Source: an uncultured Dehalococcoidia bacterium (lineage in GTDB: Bacteria > Chloroflexota > Dehalococcoidia > Lucifugimonadales > UBA3495). Taken from it: 64,000 bases of DNA. Both the position numbers and the translations under genes were made by a program. Where the stretch lies: positions 415,416 to 479,415 of the forward strand of contig OY282494.1 of the NCBI GenBank assembly GCA_958296385.1, written 5' to 3'. A model generated the notes under the pieces. It searched no databases, was not told the origin of the DNA, and was given only the letters and a program-made list of their open reading frames with translations. The first letter of the stretch is position 1. Every line of letters starts with the position of its first letter. Of this stretch, positions 26,649-36,718 are shown piece by piece.

Positions 26649-26865
26649 GCCGGAGATTCAAGTCAAAAACGGCCAGTCAGCAAAAAATCGCAATCGGCAA
26701 GGGTAGTCCCGACCCCGCTTTCACGGCGCGGGCTGCCTCCGCAGGGTATCGAGCTTCAGCCCGCGTGCTGTCCTCCCATTAGGGACAGGCCACGTAAAAT
26801 GAAGGTACAAAATAGTTGCGTACCAACCTCCGGCCGTAGGGCTGACAACGACTTGAATCTCCGGC
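26649..26865 (+). ncRNA. candidate structured RNA (or MITE-like element) closed by a 16-bp terminal helix
   Basis: GCCGGAGATTCAAGTC (26649-26664) is perfectly complementary to GACTTGAATCTCCGGC (26850-26865). A second closing helix pairs GTCAGC (26676-81) with GCTGAC (26841-46). Internal hairpins lie at about 26727-26765 (8-10 bp), 26768-26788 (CTGTCC/GGACAG) and 26804-26824 (GGTAC/GTACC). Strand is tentative: two G-T wobbles work only as + strand RNA. Confidence 0.4.
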
Positions 26866-27032
26866 AACAACACCAATCAAACCAACCGAACCCACCGCCC
26901 GATAAACGCCCGATACCAGCAGGATACCAGATGAAACCACTGCCCAACACCATCGCGCTGCGGCAATCCCGCGCGCCCCCCAACCCGCCAAACCACAACC
27001 GCGCCATCCCCGACCAACCCGGAGACGCTGCC

Positions 27033-27650
27033 ATGACTACCACCTCTCTATGCGCCAAATGCGCCCACGCCGCACACGCCCGCCGGCACTGCACGACGTG
27101 CCATCTGGCCGTCGACGCCGATGCCTACGCCGCCCTGGACGGCCTGTTTGCCGCCCTCTACGCCCTGAACCGCCCCCCGGTCAACGCCGCTATGGACAAA
27201 GCCGCCGCCGCACTGCAAAGCGCGCCCCCGCTCACCGGAGCTGCCGTTGCCGCGCTGCACGCCGCCCGTATTGACGCCAACACCATCCCCCTGGACTACC
27301 ACACTGCCCCCACTGGCGCCTGCCCGCCGCTGGAGGATGCCGGCAAGCACGTCGCCGCCGCCATGGTAGCCGCCGACTTCACCTGGCACGACTTCGAACA
27401 GGGCCCCGCCCTGATCGCCGCCGCCCGGATGCTGCTATTGGCAACGGCAGCTACCGAGCCCCTGGTATCCGCCCTGCGGGATGAGTTCTCCCGCCTGGAG
27501 TTGCTCGATCATCCCGGAGACGGCGGCTTTCCCCTGGAGGATTGTCTGGAAACGCACACTTGGGATGTTGAATTGGACGAGACCATGTTCGGCGATGGCG
27601 TCCGGTACGAAAGAGACTGCGTCGCCAATATGTACACCTGGATTTTGTAA
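27033..27650 (+). CDS. hypothetical protein with N-terminal CxxC...CxxC zinc-ribbon-like motif
   Basis: ATG 27033 follows GGAGA. The N-terminus reads MTTTSLCAKCAHAAHARRHCTTCH. The 236 codons upstream in the track ORF (26325-) run through repeats and the structured element and were rejected. Confidence 0.55.
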   Translation: MTTTSLCAKCAHAAHARRHCTTCHLAVDADAYAALDGLFAALYALNRPPVNAAMDKAAAALQSAPPLTGAAVAALHAARIDANTIPLDYHTAPTGACPPLEDAGKHVAAAMVAADFTWHDFEQGPALIAAARMLLLATAATEPLVSALRDEFSRLELLDHPGDGGFPLEDCLETHTWDVELDETMFGDGVRYERDCVANMYTWIL

Positions 27651-27729
27651 GCCCGGCCGGGCGGCCCGGTCCATGCCAGCAGGCCGCCCGCCGGGCCTCG
27701 CCTAACGCCCCCCCCCCCCGCGTCTAGGG

Positions 27730-27735
27730 TATAAT
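27730..27735 (+). promoter_or_regulatory. -10 hexamer TATAAT positioned for a leaderless glycerate kinase mRNA
   Basis: A perfect TATAAT ends 6 nt before ATG 27742, so the predicted +1 coincides with the A of the start codon. No Shine-Dalgarno sequence lies in between. Confidence 0.4.
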
Positions 27736-27741
27736 GCCGCC

Positions 27742-28914
27742 ATGCCACTACGCATCGTCATCGCTCCCCAGGCTTTCAAGCAGAGCATTGGCGCGCGGGA
27801 TGCCGCCGTTGCCATCCAGCGCGGTGTCCTCGCCGCCTTGCCCGACGCCCAAACCGTCCTCGTCCCCGTAGCCGACGGCGGCGATGGCACCCTGGCCGCC
27901 CTCATCGCAACCACCGGCGGCCAACTCTTTGACGCCCCCGTAACCGGCCCCCTGGGCGAACCCCGCACCGCGCAATGGGGCGTTATGGGCGATGCCCGCA
28001 CCGCCGTAATTGAAATGGCCCTCCCCTCCGGCCTGGCCCTCGTCCCCCACGACCGCCGCAACCCCCGCATCGCTACCACCTACGGCACCGGACAGCTAAT
28101 CGCCGCCGCCCTGAACGCCGGCTACCGGCGCATCATCATCGGTCTTGGCGGCAGCGCCACCAACGACGGCGGCACCGGCATGGCCTCCGCGTTAGGCGTC
28201 CGTTTCCTCGACCGCACCGGCGCCGACCTCCCCCCCGGCGGCGCCGCCCTGGCCCGCCTCGCCCGCATTGACGCCACCGGCCGCCACCCCGGTTTGTCCG
28301 CAGCCACCATCATTGGCGCCACCGACGTCACCAACCCCCTCTGCGGCGACACCGGAGCCTCGGCCATTTTCGGCCCGCAGAAAGGCGCCACCCCGGAGAT
28401 TGTCACTGAACTTGACCAGTGCCTCGCCAACCTGGCCGCAGTAATCCAAACCGATTTAGGTCTTGACGTCCTTGACACCCCGGGCTCCGGCGCCGCCGGC
28501 GGCCTCGGCGCCGGCCTGATTGCCTTTGCCCACGCCGAACTCCGCTCCGGCATCGACATGGTTTGCGACGCGCTGGACTTTGACGCCCACGCCGCAGCCG
28601 CCGACCTCATCATCACCGGCGAGGGCCGCGCCGACCGTTCCACCGCCTTTGACAAAGCCCCCGTCGGCATCGCCCGTCGCAGCAAGCCCTTCGGCGTCCC
28701 CACTCTGCTGCTGGCCGGCAGCCTCGGCCCCGGCTACGAAACCCTCTACGACCACAACATCAACGCCATCGCCCCCATCGCCGAGGAACCCATTGACCTT
28801 GCCGACAGCCTCACCCGCGGCGCCGAACTGCTGGAACGCGCCGCCGAACGCACGATGCGCCTTTACCTGCTAGGCCGCCATTCGCCGTTTGCCCCGCCCG
28901 CCGCTGCTGGCTAA
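27742..28914 (+). CDS. glxK: glycerate kinase
   Basis: The sequence IVIAPQAFKQSIGARDAAVAIQRG...VPVADGGDGTL and C-terminal ITGEGRADRSTAFDKAPVGIA are typical of the GlxK/GarK family. Confidence 0.85.
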   Translation: MPLRIVIAPQAFKQSIGARDAAVAIQRGVLAALPDAQTVLVPVADGGDGTLAALIATTGGQLFDAPVTGPLGEPRTAQWGVMGDARTAVIEMALPSGLALVPHDRRNPRIATTYGTGQLIAAALNAGYRRIIIGLGGSATNDGGTGMASALGVRFLDRTGADLPPGGAALARLARIDATGRHPGLSAATIIGATDVTNPLCGDTGASAIFGPQKGATPEIVTELDQCLANLAAVIQTDLGLDVLDTPGSGAAGGLGAGLIAFAHAELRSGIDMVCDALDFDAHAAAADLIITGEGRADRSTAFDKAPVGIARRSKPFGVPTLLLAGSLGPGYETLYDHNINAIAPIAEEPIDLADSLTRGAELLERAAERTMRLYLLGRHSPFAPPAAAG

Positions 28915-28926
28915 CGCCTTTGTGCC

Positions 28927-29403
28927 ATGTCCTTATTCACCTTGCAAAGCGCCCAATGGCTCCCCCGCCGGCCGGACGAGATTTTCGACTACTACGCCGA
29001 TGCGTTCAACCTGGAGTTGCTCACCCCGCCCTGGCTGCAATTCCGCGTCATCACGCCGCCCCCCATCCACATCCGGCAAGGCACTGAGATTGAATACCGC
29101 CTCCGGCTGCACGGCATCCCCCTCGGCTGGCGCAGCCGCATCACCGCCTGGCAGCCGCCCCACAGCTTTACCGATGAGCAGATTAAGGGCCCCTACCGCC
29201 GCTGGACGCACCGGCACACTTTCACCCCCCAGGACGGCGGCACCCTGATTACCGATTTCGTAGAGTACGATATGCTCGGCGGCCGGCTAATTGACCGCCT
29301 GCTGGTACGCCGCGACTTGCGCCGCATCTTTGCCTACCGGCAAGACCAACTAGCCGCCCGGTTCGGCAAGGATGCGTCCGCCGCCGCCGTTGACATCGGC
29401 TGA
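28927..29403 (+). CDS. SRPBCC-superfamily protein (cyclase/dehydrase-like ligand-binding fold)
   Basis: The pattern FTDEQIKGPYRRWTHRHTF..DGGTLITDFVEY matches this family's layout. Confidence 0.65.
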   Translation: MSLFTLQSAQWLPRRPDEIFDYYADAFNLELLTPPWLQFRVITPPPIHIRQGTEIEYRLRLHGIPLGWRSRITAWQPPHSFTDEQIKGPYRRWTHRHTFTPQDGGTLITDFVEYDMLGGRLIDRLLVRRDLRRIFAYRQDQLAARFGKDASAAAVDIG

Positions 29404-29410
29404 TGCAGCG

Positions 29411-29812
29411 TCAGTAGATGCGTTCCCCAACGAACCGCACCACGATTCCGGCCAGTTCCATCGCTCGCTCCGCGTCCACGTCGTCAAACGCCTCTGCCGG
29501 TATGCCCCCCGGCAGAAACGTCGGGTAGCGGGTGATGTCGTAATACTTGTCCAGCTGCCGCGCCTCGGCCTTGATGGTGTCAAAAAACATCTCAAAAATC
29601 TTGGCGTCCTCGCACAGGTCAATCAGCGAGCTGCCCCACACGTCCTCCGCGCCCCGCTTGTACAGGTACGCTTTCACCGCTTTCTCGGCGGCCTGCTGGC
29701 ACAAAAAGCAGGCCAAATTGTAGCGTTCTCCCTGCCGGTTGAACCCGGCGTCCTCCAGGTCCCGCTCCGCCTGGCGAAACCAGCGCAGCCCCTCCGCGGC
29801 AAAATCAGGCAT
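29411..29812 (-). CDS. HEPN-domain protein (toxin of a HEPN/MNT pair)
   Basis: It has [25 protein letters not shown] and [10 protein letters not shown]. It overlaps the upstream MNT gene by 8 nt. Confidence 0.8.
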   Translation of the reverse strand: MPDFAAEGLRWFRQAERDLEDAGFNRQGERYNLACFLCQQAAEKAVKAYLYKRGAEDVWGSSLIDLCEDAKIFEMFFDTIKAEARQLDKYYDITRYPTFLPGGIPAEAFDDVDAERAMELAGIVVRFVGERIY

Positions 29813-30146
29813 CGTAAATCACCCTTCCCTGCTTGCAGGCTTGATACAGCGCCGGCAGCGTCTCGTGCAGCCGCTCAAACTCCTCCGGAGTATAAACCTG
29901 AGCGGTCATCCCAATCTGTGAACCAATGTGATACGAGAAAAAATCCGCCCGCCGCCCGAACTGGTACTCCGTGTCGTGCACAAACACAAAATCCAGGCTG
30001 CTGTCCGGCGCATAATCCCCGCTCACCGCATCGCCGATGAGTATGGCCTTCGCGATGCCCAGCGTAGGCAGCACGTCCATCACCTCCGACAACTGCTGTT
30101 CCAGCATCTGCCGCCGGAACTGAATAAACCCCACTCGCATCGGCAT
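29805..30146 (-). CDS. minimal nucleotidyltransferase (MNT, antitoxin of a HEPN/MNT pair)
   Basis: [23 protein letters not shown] matches the hG[GS]x9-13Dh[DE]h nucleotidyltransferase signature. Confidence 0.75.
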   Translation of the reverse strand: MPMRVGFIQFRRQMLEQQLSEVMDVLPTLGIAKAILIGDAVSGDYAPDSSLDFVFVHDTEYQFGRRADFFSYHIGSQIGMTAQVYTPEEFERLHETLPALYQACKQGRVIYDA

Positions 30147-30151
30147 CGTTC

Positions 30152-30895
30152 CTACTCCTTGTCCAGCAGCACCAGATGAACTTCTCGCGGCCCGTGCACG
30201 CCCACCACGATTGTCTGCTCGATGTCCGCCGTCCGGCTTGGCCCGGATATGAAATTCAGATAGCTCCCCATATCCCCCCCGTCGCTATGATATTCCAGCC
30301 GCCGCAGCACAAACAGGTCGTCCAGCGTATCGATGACGTCCTGCGCCCTGACGATGGCCACGTGCACCGGCGGCAGCAGCGACACCAAACGGCTCAACCC
30401 CCGCCGGGGCAGCACGATAACCGACCCGGTTTCAGCGATGGCGTAATCCGCCCCGGTAATCCCCAGCCCCGACTCCGCCAGCCGCCGCCGCACCGCGTCC
30501 CGCTCCCGGTCAGCATCATAAACCGCCGGCCAGCAAACGACGCCGGCCCCGGCCAGCGCCGCGTCAACCGGCACCGCGCTAAACACCGCCGACTCCGCCC
30601 GCGCCGCCGATTCCACCCCCAGCCGCCGCGCCAGCGACACGACATAATCCAGCGCATCCTCCCCCCCGCCGGCACGCTGCACGTTCCACCCCCGCAGCGC
30701 CGCCGTGCCGGCCATCTTGTCCAGCAAAAGCGGCAAATCGCCAGCATTGCGCCGGCGGATTTCAGCAGCCTGCAATTCCAGCTCCCCAGCGCTTTCCAGC
30801 AGATGCTGATACGCCGCCGCCGGCGGCCCAGCCTCCCGCCCCAGCGCATCGCGCACCGACGCCAGAAAATCTGCGGATGGGATACCTAATGACAT
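30152..30895 (-). CDS. lutC: lactate utilization protein C (LUD domain)
   Basis: It is a LutC/YkgG-like protein and the third gene of a lutA-lutB-lutC arrangement. Confidence 0.75.
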   Translation of the reverse strand: MSLGIPSADFLASVRDALGREAGPPAAAYQHLLESAGELELQAAEIRRRNAGDLPLLLDKMAGTAALRGWNVQRAGGGEDALDYVVSLARRLGVESAARAESAVFSAVPVDAALAGAGVVCWPAVYDADRERDAVRRRLAESGLGITGADYAIAETGSVIVLPRRGLSRLVSLLPPVHVAIVRAQDVIDTLDDLFVLRRLEYHSDGGDMGSYLNFISGPSRTADIEQTIVVGVHGPREVHLVLLDKE

Positions 30896-30949
30896 ATCAA
30901 GTCACAACATTCAGTTTGATGGGATACCCTAGATTACCCATCCGGCCGC

Positions 30950-32395
30950 CTAACGGTCGCCCCGCGACAGCTCATCCCGCCAGATGTCCGAGAACGAACG
31001 TGCCGGCGGCGCCGGTAAATCTCGGGCCGCCGTCCAGCGCGACAAAAACGGCAGCCGGCTGCGCCCGATTTTGCCGTCACGCGTCACCGACTTAACCGCC
31101 AGCCGCCCCAGCCGGCGGGCCACCTTCAGCAGCAGCGGCTTTGACATAACGGCGGCAAACCCCCGCGCCAGCAGCGCATCCGTATCCGACGCCGTGCGCC
31201 GCTGCGAATCGGGGCTCTCCGCCAGTTCGTGCCGCAAGTGCAGCAGCATCCGGGGTATGTTGATTTGCACCGGGCAAGCCTCCCGGCACGCCCCGCACAG
31301 CGTGGACGCGTTGGGCAAGTCTTTCGCCTGCGCCACCCCCACCAGCTCCGGCGTAACGATGGAACCGATTGGCCCCGGATAAACCCACCCGTAAGCATGG
31401 CCGCCCACCCGCTGATACACCGGGCAGATGTTCAGACAAGCCCCGCAGCGGATACAGTAAAGCGACTCCCGCAGCGCCGGGTCCCGCAGCAAACGGCTGC
31501 GCCCGTTGTCCACAATTACCAGGTGAAACTCCTCCGGCCCATCCTCGTCAGCCGCCCGTTTCGGCCCGGTAACCATACTCACGTAAGACGTTATCCGCTG
31601 GCCCGTTGCCGAGCGGGGCAGCAGCCGCAGAAACACCGCCAAATCCTGCATTGACGGTATCACTTTCTCCATCCCGGTAATGCCCACGTGAATCCGGGGC
31701 GCCGAGGTGCACAACCGCCCGTTGCCCTCGTTGGTAACGATTACCAGTGTGCCGGTTTCCGCGACCAGAAAGTTTGCCCCGCTGATACCCATGTCGGCGT
31801 CCAAAAATTTCTGCCGCAGCGCTACCCGGGCCACCCTGGCCATCTCCTCTATATCATCCGAATACGGCACCCCCAGCTTGTCGGCAAACAGCCGCGCCAC
31901 CTCCCCCCGCGTCTTGTGCAGCGCCGGCGCCACCAGATGCGACGGCGTTTCCTCGGCCAGCTGAATGATGTATTCCCCCAGGTCAGTCTCAAACACCGCC
32001 ACGCCCTGGCCCTCCAGAACGTGGTTCAGCCCCAGCTCCTCCGACACCATTGACTTGCTCTTGGTAGCCACCTTCACGCCCCGCGTGCGGACAATCTCCG
32101 ATACGATGGCGTTGGCCTGATTAGCGTCCGCGGCGAAGTGCACCTGCCCGCCGGCGGCGGCAACGTTCCGCTCCAGCAGCTCCAGATAGTAGTCCAGATT
32201 GCCGACGGCGTGTTCCTTGATGCTGCGGGCCTGCTGGCGCCACTGCTCCCAGACTTCCGGCGTCACTTCGTCAATCGCATCCCGGCGCGCTCCGTCAAAG
32301 CCGGCGCCGGCGCTGCCAAAAGCCCGCCGCAGCTGCGGGTCCTGCACGGCGGCCCGCGAGGCGGCGGCAAAGTCGCGTGTCGTCACTTCCGCCAT
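30950..32395 (-). CDS. lutB: lactate utilization protein B (4Fe-4S iron-sulfur protein)
   Basis: It has the ferredoxin-type cluster motifs CIRCGACLNICPVY and CGACREACPV plus an N-terminal LUD-like domain. Confidence 0.85.
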   Translation of the reverse strand: MAEVTTRDFAAASRAAVQDPQLRRAFGSAGAGFDGARRDAIDEVTPEVWEQWRQQARSIKEHAVGNLDYYLELLERNVAAAGGQVHFAADANQANAIVSEIVRTRGVKVATKSKSMVSEELGLNHVLEGQGVAVFETDLGEYIIQLAEETPSHLVAPALHKTRGEVARLFADKLGVPYSDDIEEMARVARVALRQKFLDADMGISGANFLVAETGTLVIVTNEGNGRLCTSAPRIHVGITGMEKVIPSMQDLAVFLRLLPRSATGQRITSYVSMVTGPKRAADEDGPEEFHLVIVDNGRSRLLRDPALRESLYCIRCGACLNICPVYQRVGGHAYGWVYPGPIGSIVTPELVGVAQAKDLPNASTLCGACREACPVQINIPRMLLHLRHELAESPDSQRRTASDTDALLARGFAAVMSKPLLLKVARRLGRLAVKSVTRDGKIGRSRLPFLSRWTAARDLPAPPARSFSDIWRDELSRGDR

Positions 32396-32398
32396 CGT

Positions 32399-33175
32399 CT
32401 AGCCCGCCGGGTCGTCCAGCACTTGCGCAATGTGCCTGGCCCGCACCGGCAGCCCCCGCCGGCTGATTGCCCCGCCAATGTGCATCAGGCACCCCATGTC
32501 GCAAGCCGTAACCGTAGCGGCGCCGCTCTGCAAAATAGCCTCCACCTTGTCCGCCAGCATCTGCTCCGATATATGCGGATACTTGACCGCAAAAGCCCCG
32601 CCAAACCCGCAGCACTGCTCAGCATCAGGCAAGTCAACCACCGACACCCCGGACGCCGCCTCCAGCAAATCAAGCGGCCCCCGCCTTACCCCCATCTCCC
32701 GCAGCAAATGGCACGACGGATGATACGCAACCGCCGCAACATCCGCGCCGGCATCCGATTGCGCCGCATCATCCGACGGCGCAGCAGCATCAGCAGCGCC
32801 ATCCACTTCGGTAAGCAGCTCGGTGAACTCGTACACCCGCTCCGACAACGCCGCCGCCCGCCGCAGTAGCTCCGGCTCATCGGCAAACAAATCCTGATAA
32901 AACACCCGTATCATCGCCCCGCACGACCCTGACGGCACCACCATCCGCTCGCAATCGTCAAACGCATCCAGCACCCGCACCGCCAGCCGTTTCGCCTCCG
33001 CCGTGAAACCGGCGTTGTACAGCGGCTGCCCGCAGCAAGTCTGCCCGGCCGGAAAATCCACCATCACACCACGCCGCCGCAGCGCCCGCACCACGCTAAC
33101 CCCCACGTCCGGGTAGAGCTGGTCGATAATGCAGGTGATGAACAGTGAAGCCCGCCGGGGCGCCGGTTCGGTCAA
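32399..33175 (-). CDS. lutA: lactate utilization protein A ((Fe-S)-binding, CCG-domain oxidoreductase)
   Basis: Two CCG motifs are present (QTCCGQP and EQCCGFGG). There is a 3-nt gap to lutB. Confidence 0.85.
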   Translation of the reverse strand: MTEPAPRRASLFITCIIDQLYPDVGVSVVRALRRRGVMVDFPAGQTCCGQPLYNAGFTAEAKRLAVRVLDAFDDCERMVVPSGSCGAMIRVFYQDLFADEPELLRRAAALSERVYEFTELLTEVDGAADAAAPSDDAAQSDAGADVAAVAYHPSCHLLREMGVRRGPLDLLEAASGVSVVDLPDAEQCCGFGGAFAVKYPHISEQMLADKVEAILQSGAATVTACDMGCLMHIGGAISRRGLPVRARHIAQVLDDPAG

Positions 33176-33325
33176 GAGATGCCCCCGATAAAGAGATGCT
33201 CCCGATAAAATCGTTGCGCAAGGTTAGCAGAGGCCCAACCTTTCGGCAAGGCGCATCCCCCTTGGGCCGCAGTGCCGGCGCAAGTTATCATACTATCGCT
33301 AAATCTCCGGAGGATAATTGCGAAT

Positions 33326-34024
33326 ATGGCAGAGGAGCTAGGTAGAATCACGCGTCCGTCATCCGCCAGCTACCAGGGCAAGCGCAAGCTGCTGCTGGTA
33401 CCTTTGGTGCAGTTCCCCGCTCCGGCGGAACACCTGCCGGCCGACGGCGCCGCCGTTATTGACCGCTACTGGCAGCAGGTGGACGTGCAAGTCCGCGCCG
33501 TGCAAAACGCCCTGGGCAGCATCAGCCACGTTTATCACGAGAATATGCCCGAAGGCGGCGCTGCCGGGCTGAGCTATCTGGCAGCAACCGGCCAGAGCAG
33601 CCACCCCGTCGTGCAAAGCCTGGCCGACGCCGGCGCCCAACTGGAAACCACCGAATCAATCGAGACGCTGGCCGAAACCCTCGACTTGCAACACTGCCTG
33701 ATGGGCCCGCTAATCAGCCAAACCGTAGCCCAACGCTTGCAGGAATGGTTCACCGAGGCCAGCCGCCGCCGCTACGAGTTCATCGCCGGCGCCATTGACG
33801 CCACGCTTGGCGATGACGAAACCGGCCTGCTCCTAATCAACGAGCGGCACCAGGTACAGTTCCCATCCGACGTAGAAGTAATCTACGTCGCGCCCCCGGC
33901 TTTGGACGAATACCGCCGCTGGCTGCAAAACTGGGCCCGGCAAGCCCAGGCCGGCATAGACCCCGACACCGGCGAATTTGCCGATGACGACGGCAGACCC
34001 GATGACGACGCCGGCAGCCCATAG
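33326..34024 (+). CDS. hypothetical protein with acidic C-terminus
   Basis: ATG 33326 follows GGAGGA (33309-33314). No family was recognised. Confidence 0.5.
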   Translation: MAEELGRITRPSSASYQGKRKLLLVPLVQFPAPAEHLPADGAAVIDRYWQQVDVQVRAVQNALGSISHVYHENMPEGGAAGLSYLAATGQSSHPVVQSLADAGAQLETTESIETLAETLDLQHCLMGPLISQTVAQRLQEWFTEASRRRYEFIAGAIDATLGDDETGLLLINERHQVQFPSDVEVIYVAPPALDEYRRWLQNWARQAQAGIDPDTGEFADDDGRPDDDAGSP

Positions 34025-34036
34025 ACGTACCGGCCC

Positions 34037-34076
34037 GAAAAATACTCCGGCCCCGATAGGCTATCCGGGCCGGAGT
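34037..34076 (-). terminator. rho-independent terminator downstream of trxA-selC
   Basis: A 10-bp stem pairs ACTCCGGCCC (34044-53) with GGGCCGGAGT (34067-76). On the minus strand it is followed by ATTTTTC (complement of 34037-34043). Confidence 0.7.
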
Positions 34077-34114
34077 CACTGTTCACGATTGAACGGCAGG
34101 TTCACAGGCGACGC

Positions 34115-34211
34115 TGGCGGGAGTGCGAGGGAGTCGAACCCACCTACCCCGCTCGTCACGAGGCATAACGGATTTGAAGTCCGCAAGAGCCACCGGGCCC
34201 CATCCACTCCC
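34115..34211 (-). tRNA. selC: tRNA-Sec (anticodon UCA), CCA encoded
   Basis: The minus-strand sequence is GGGAGTGG-AT-GGGGCC-CGGT-GGCTCT-T-GCGGA-CTTCAAA-TCCGT-(long variable arm)-GTGGG-TTCGACT-CCCTC-GCACTCCC-G-CCA. It has an 8/5 acceptor/T architecture and a 6-bp D stem with a 4-nt loop. The anticodon loop, T loop and D loop are identical to E. coli selC as I recall it. One G-G and one T-T mismatch are noted. Confidence 0.85.
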
Positions 34212-34225
34212 GCGTTGCGCCGGAG

Positions 34226-34555
34226 CTAACTCTCCAGCACCGCCTCAATCTTGCGCTTCAGCGCCGGCTTGGGCTGCGCCCCGATAATCTGGTCCACCGG
34301 CTGGCCGTTCTTAAAGAATATCAGCGCCGGGATGCTGCGGATGCCGTAGCGCGCCGCAATGTCCGGGTCGCTGTCCACGTCCAGCTTGGCCACGTTCAGC
34401 TTGCCCTCGTACTCCAGGGCCAAATCGTGAACGGACGGCGCAATCATCTTGCACGGGCCGCACCACTCCGCCCAGAAATCTACCAAAACCGGCAGCTCCG
34501 AATCCATCACGCTCGCTTGCCAGCTCTCGCCGTTCACATCCATAGGTTCAGGCAT
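34226..34555 (-). CDS. trxA: thioredoxin
   Basis: It has the WCGPC active site (VLVDFWAEWCGPCKMIAP) and the typical 109-aa length. Confidence 0.9.
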   Translation of the reverse strand: MPEPMDVNGESWQASVMDSELPVLVDFWAEWCGPCKMIAPSVHDLALEYEGKLNVAKLDVDSDPDIAARYGIRSIPALIFFKNGQPVDQIIGAQPKPALKRKIEAVLES

Positions 34556-34751
34556 TATCCACTCCTAGCAGGGGTCACTCTGCGCTGCGGCACGCTACGG
34601 GATACCGGCAAAGCCCGGCTCCGGCCGCTTGATGCCGCCATATTATACCCGGCCATTCCCCCGGTCAACCGAACCGCGTCACTTTTTGCCCCCGGCCCCC
34701 GGCTCCGCCCGCCCGGAACGCCGGTGCGCCGCGCCGTCCCCGGTCAGATAA

Positions 34752-36710
<1,959 letters not shown>

Positions 36711-36718
36711 GGCCACCG

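Noticed and set aside
26649-26865. Assigning the structured element to a known RNA family (RNase P, tmRNA, SRP/4.5S, 6S, Y RNA, retron msr-msd, or TPP/cobalamin/c-di-AMP riboswitches)
   Set aside because: I could not find the conserved signature sequences of these families, such as the RNase P P4 region, a tRNA-like end, or the SRP GGAA tetraloop helix. No reverse transcriptase, Ro or matching downstream gene is adjacent. It is left as an unclassified candidate.
26325-27032. The N-terminal 236 codons of the 441-aa track ORF 26325-27650
   Set aside because: This part is low-complexity (P/T/N/Q/R-rich). It runs straight through a repeat-family copy and the 217-nt hairpin element and has no RBS. 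A well-placed GGAGA-ATG at 27033 gives a sensible 205-aa protein instead.
34115-34213. Calling the long-variable-arm tRNA a tRNA-Ser, or extending it by 2 nt at the 5' end
   Set aside because: The anticodon loop reads CTTCAAA (anticodon TCA, which decodes UGA), not a Ser anticodon. The 8/5 acceptor/T geometry and the 6-bp D stem with a 4-nt loop fit tRNA-Sec. Starting at 34211 gives a G discriminator plus an encoded CCA.
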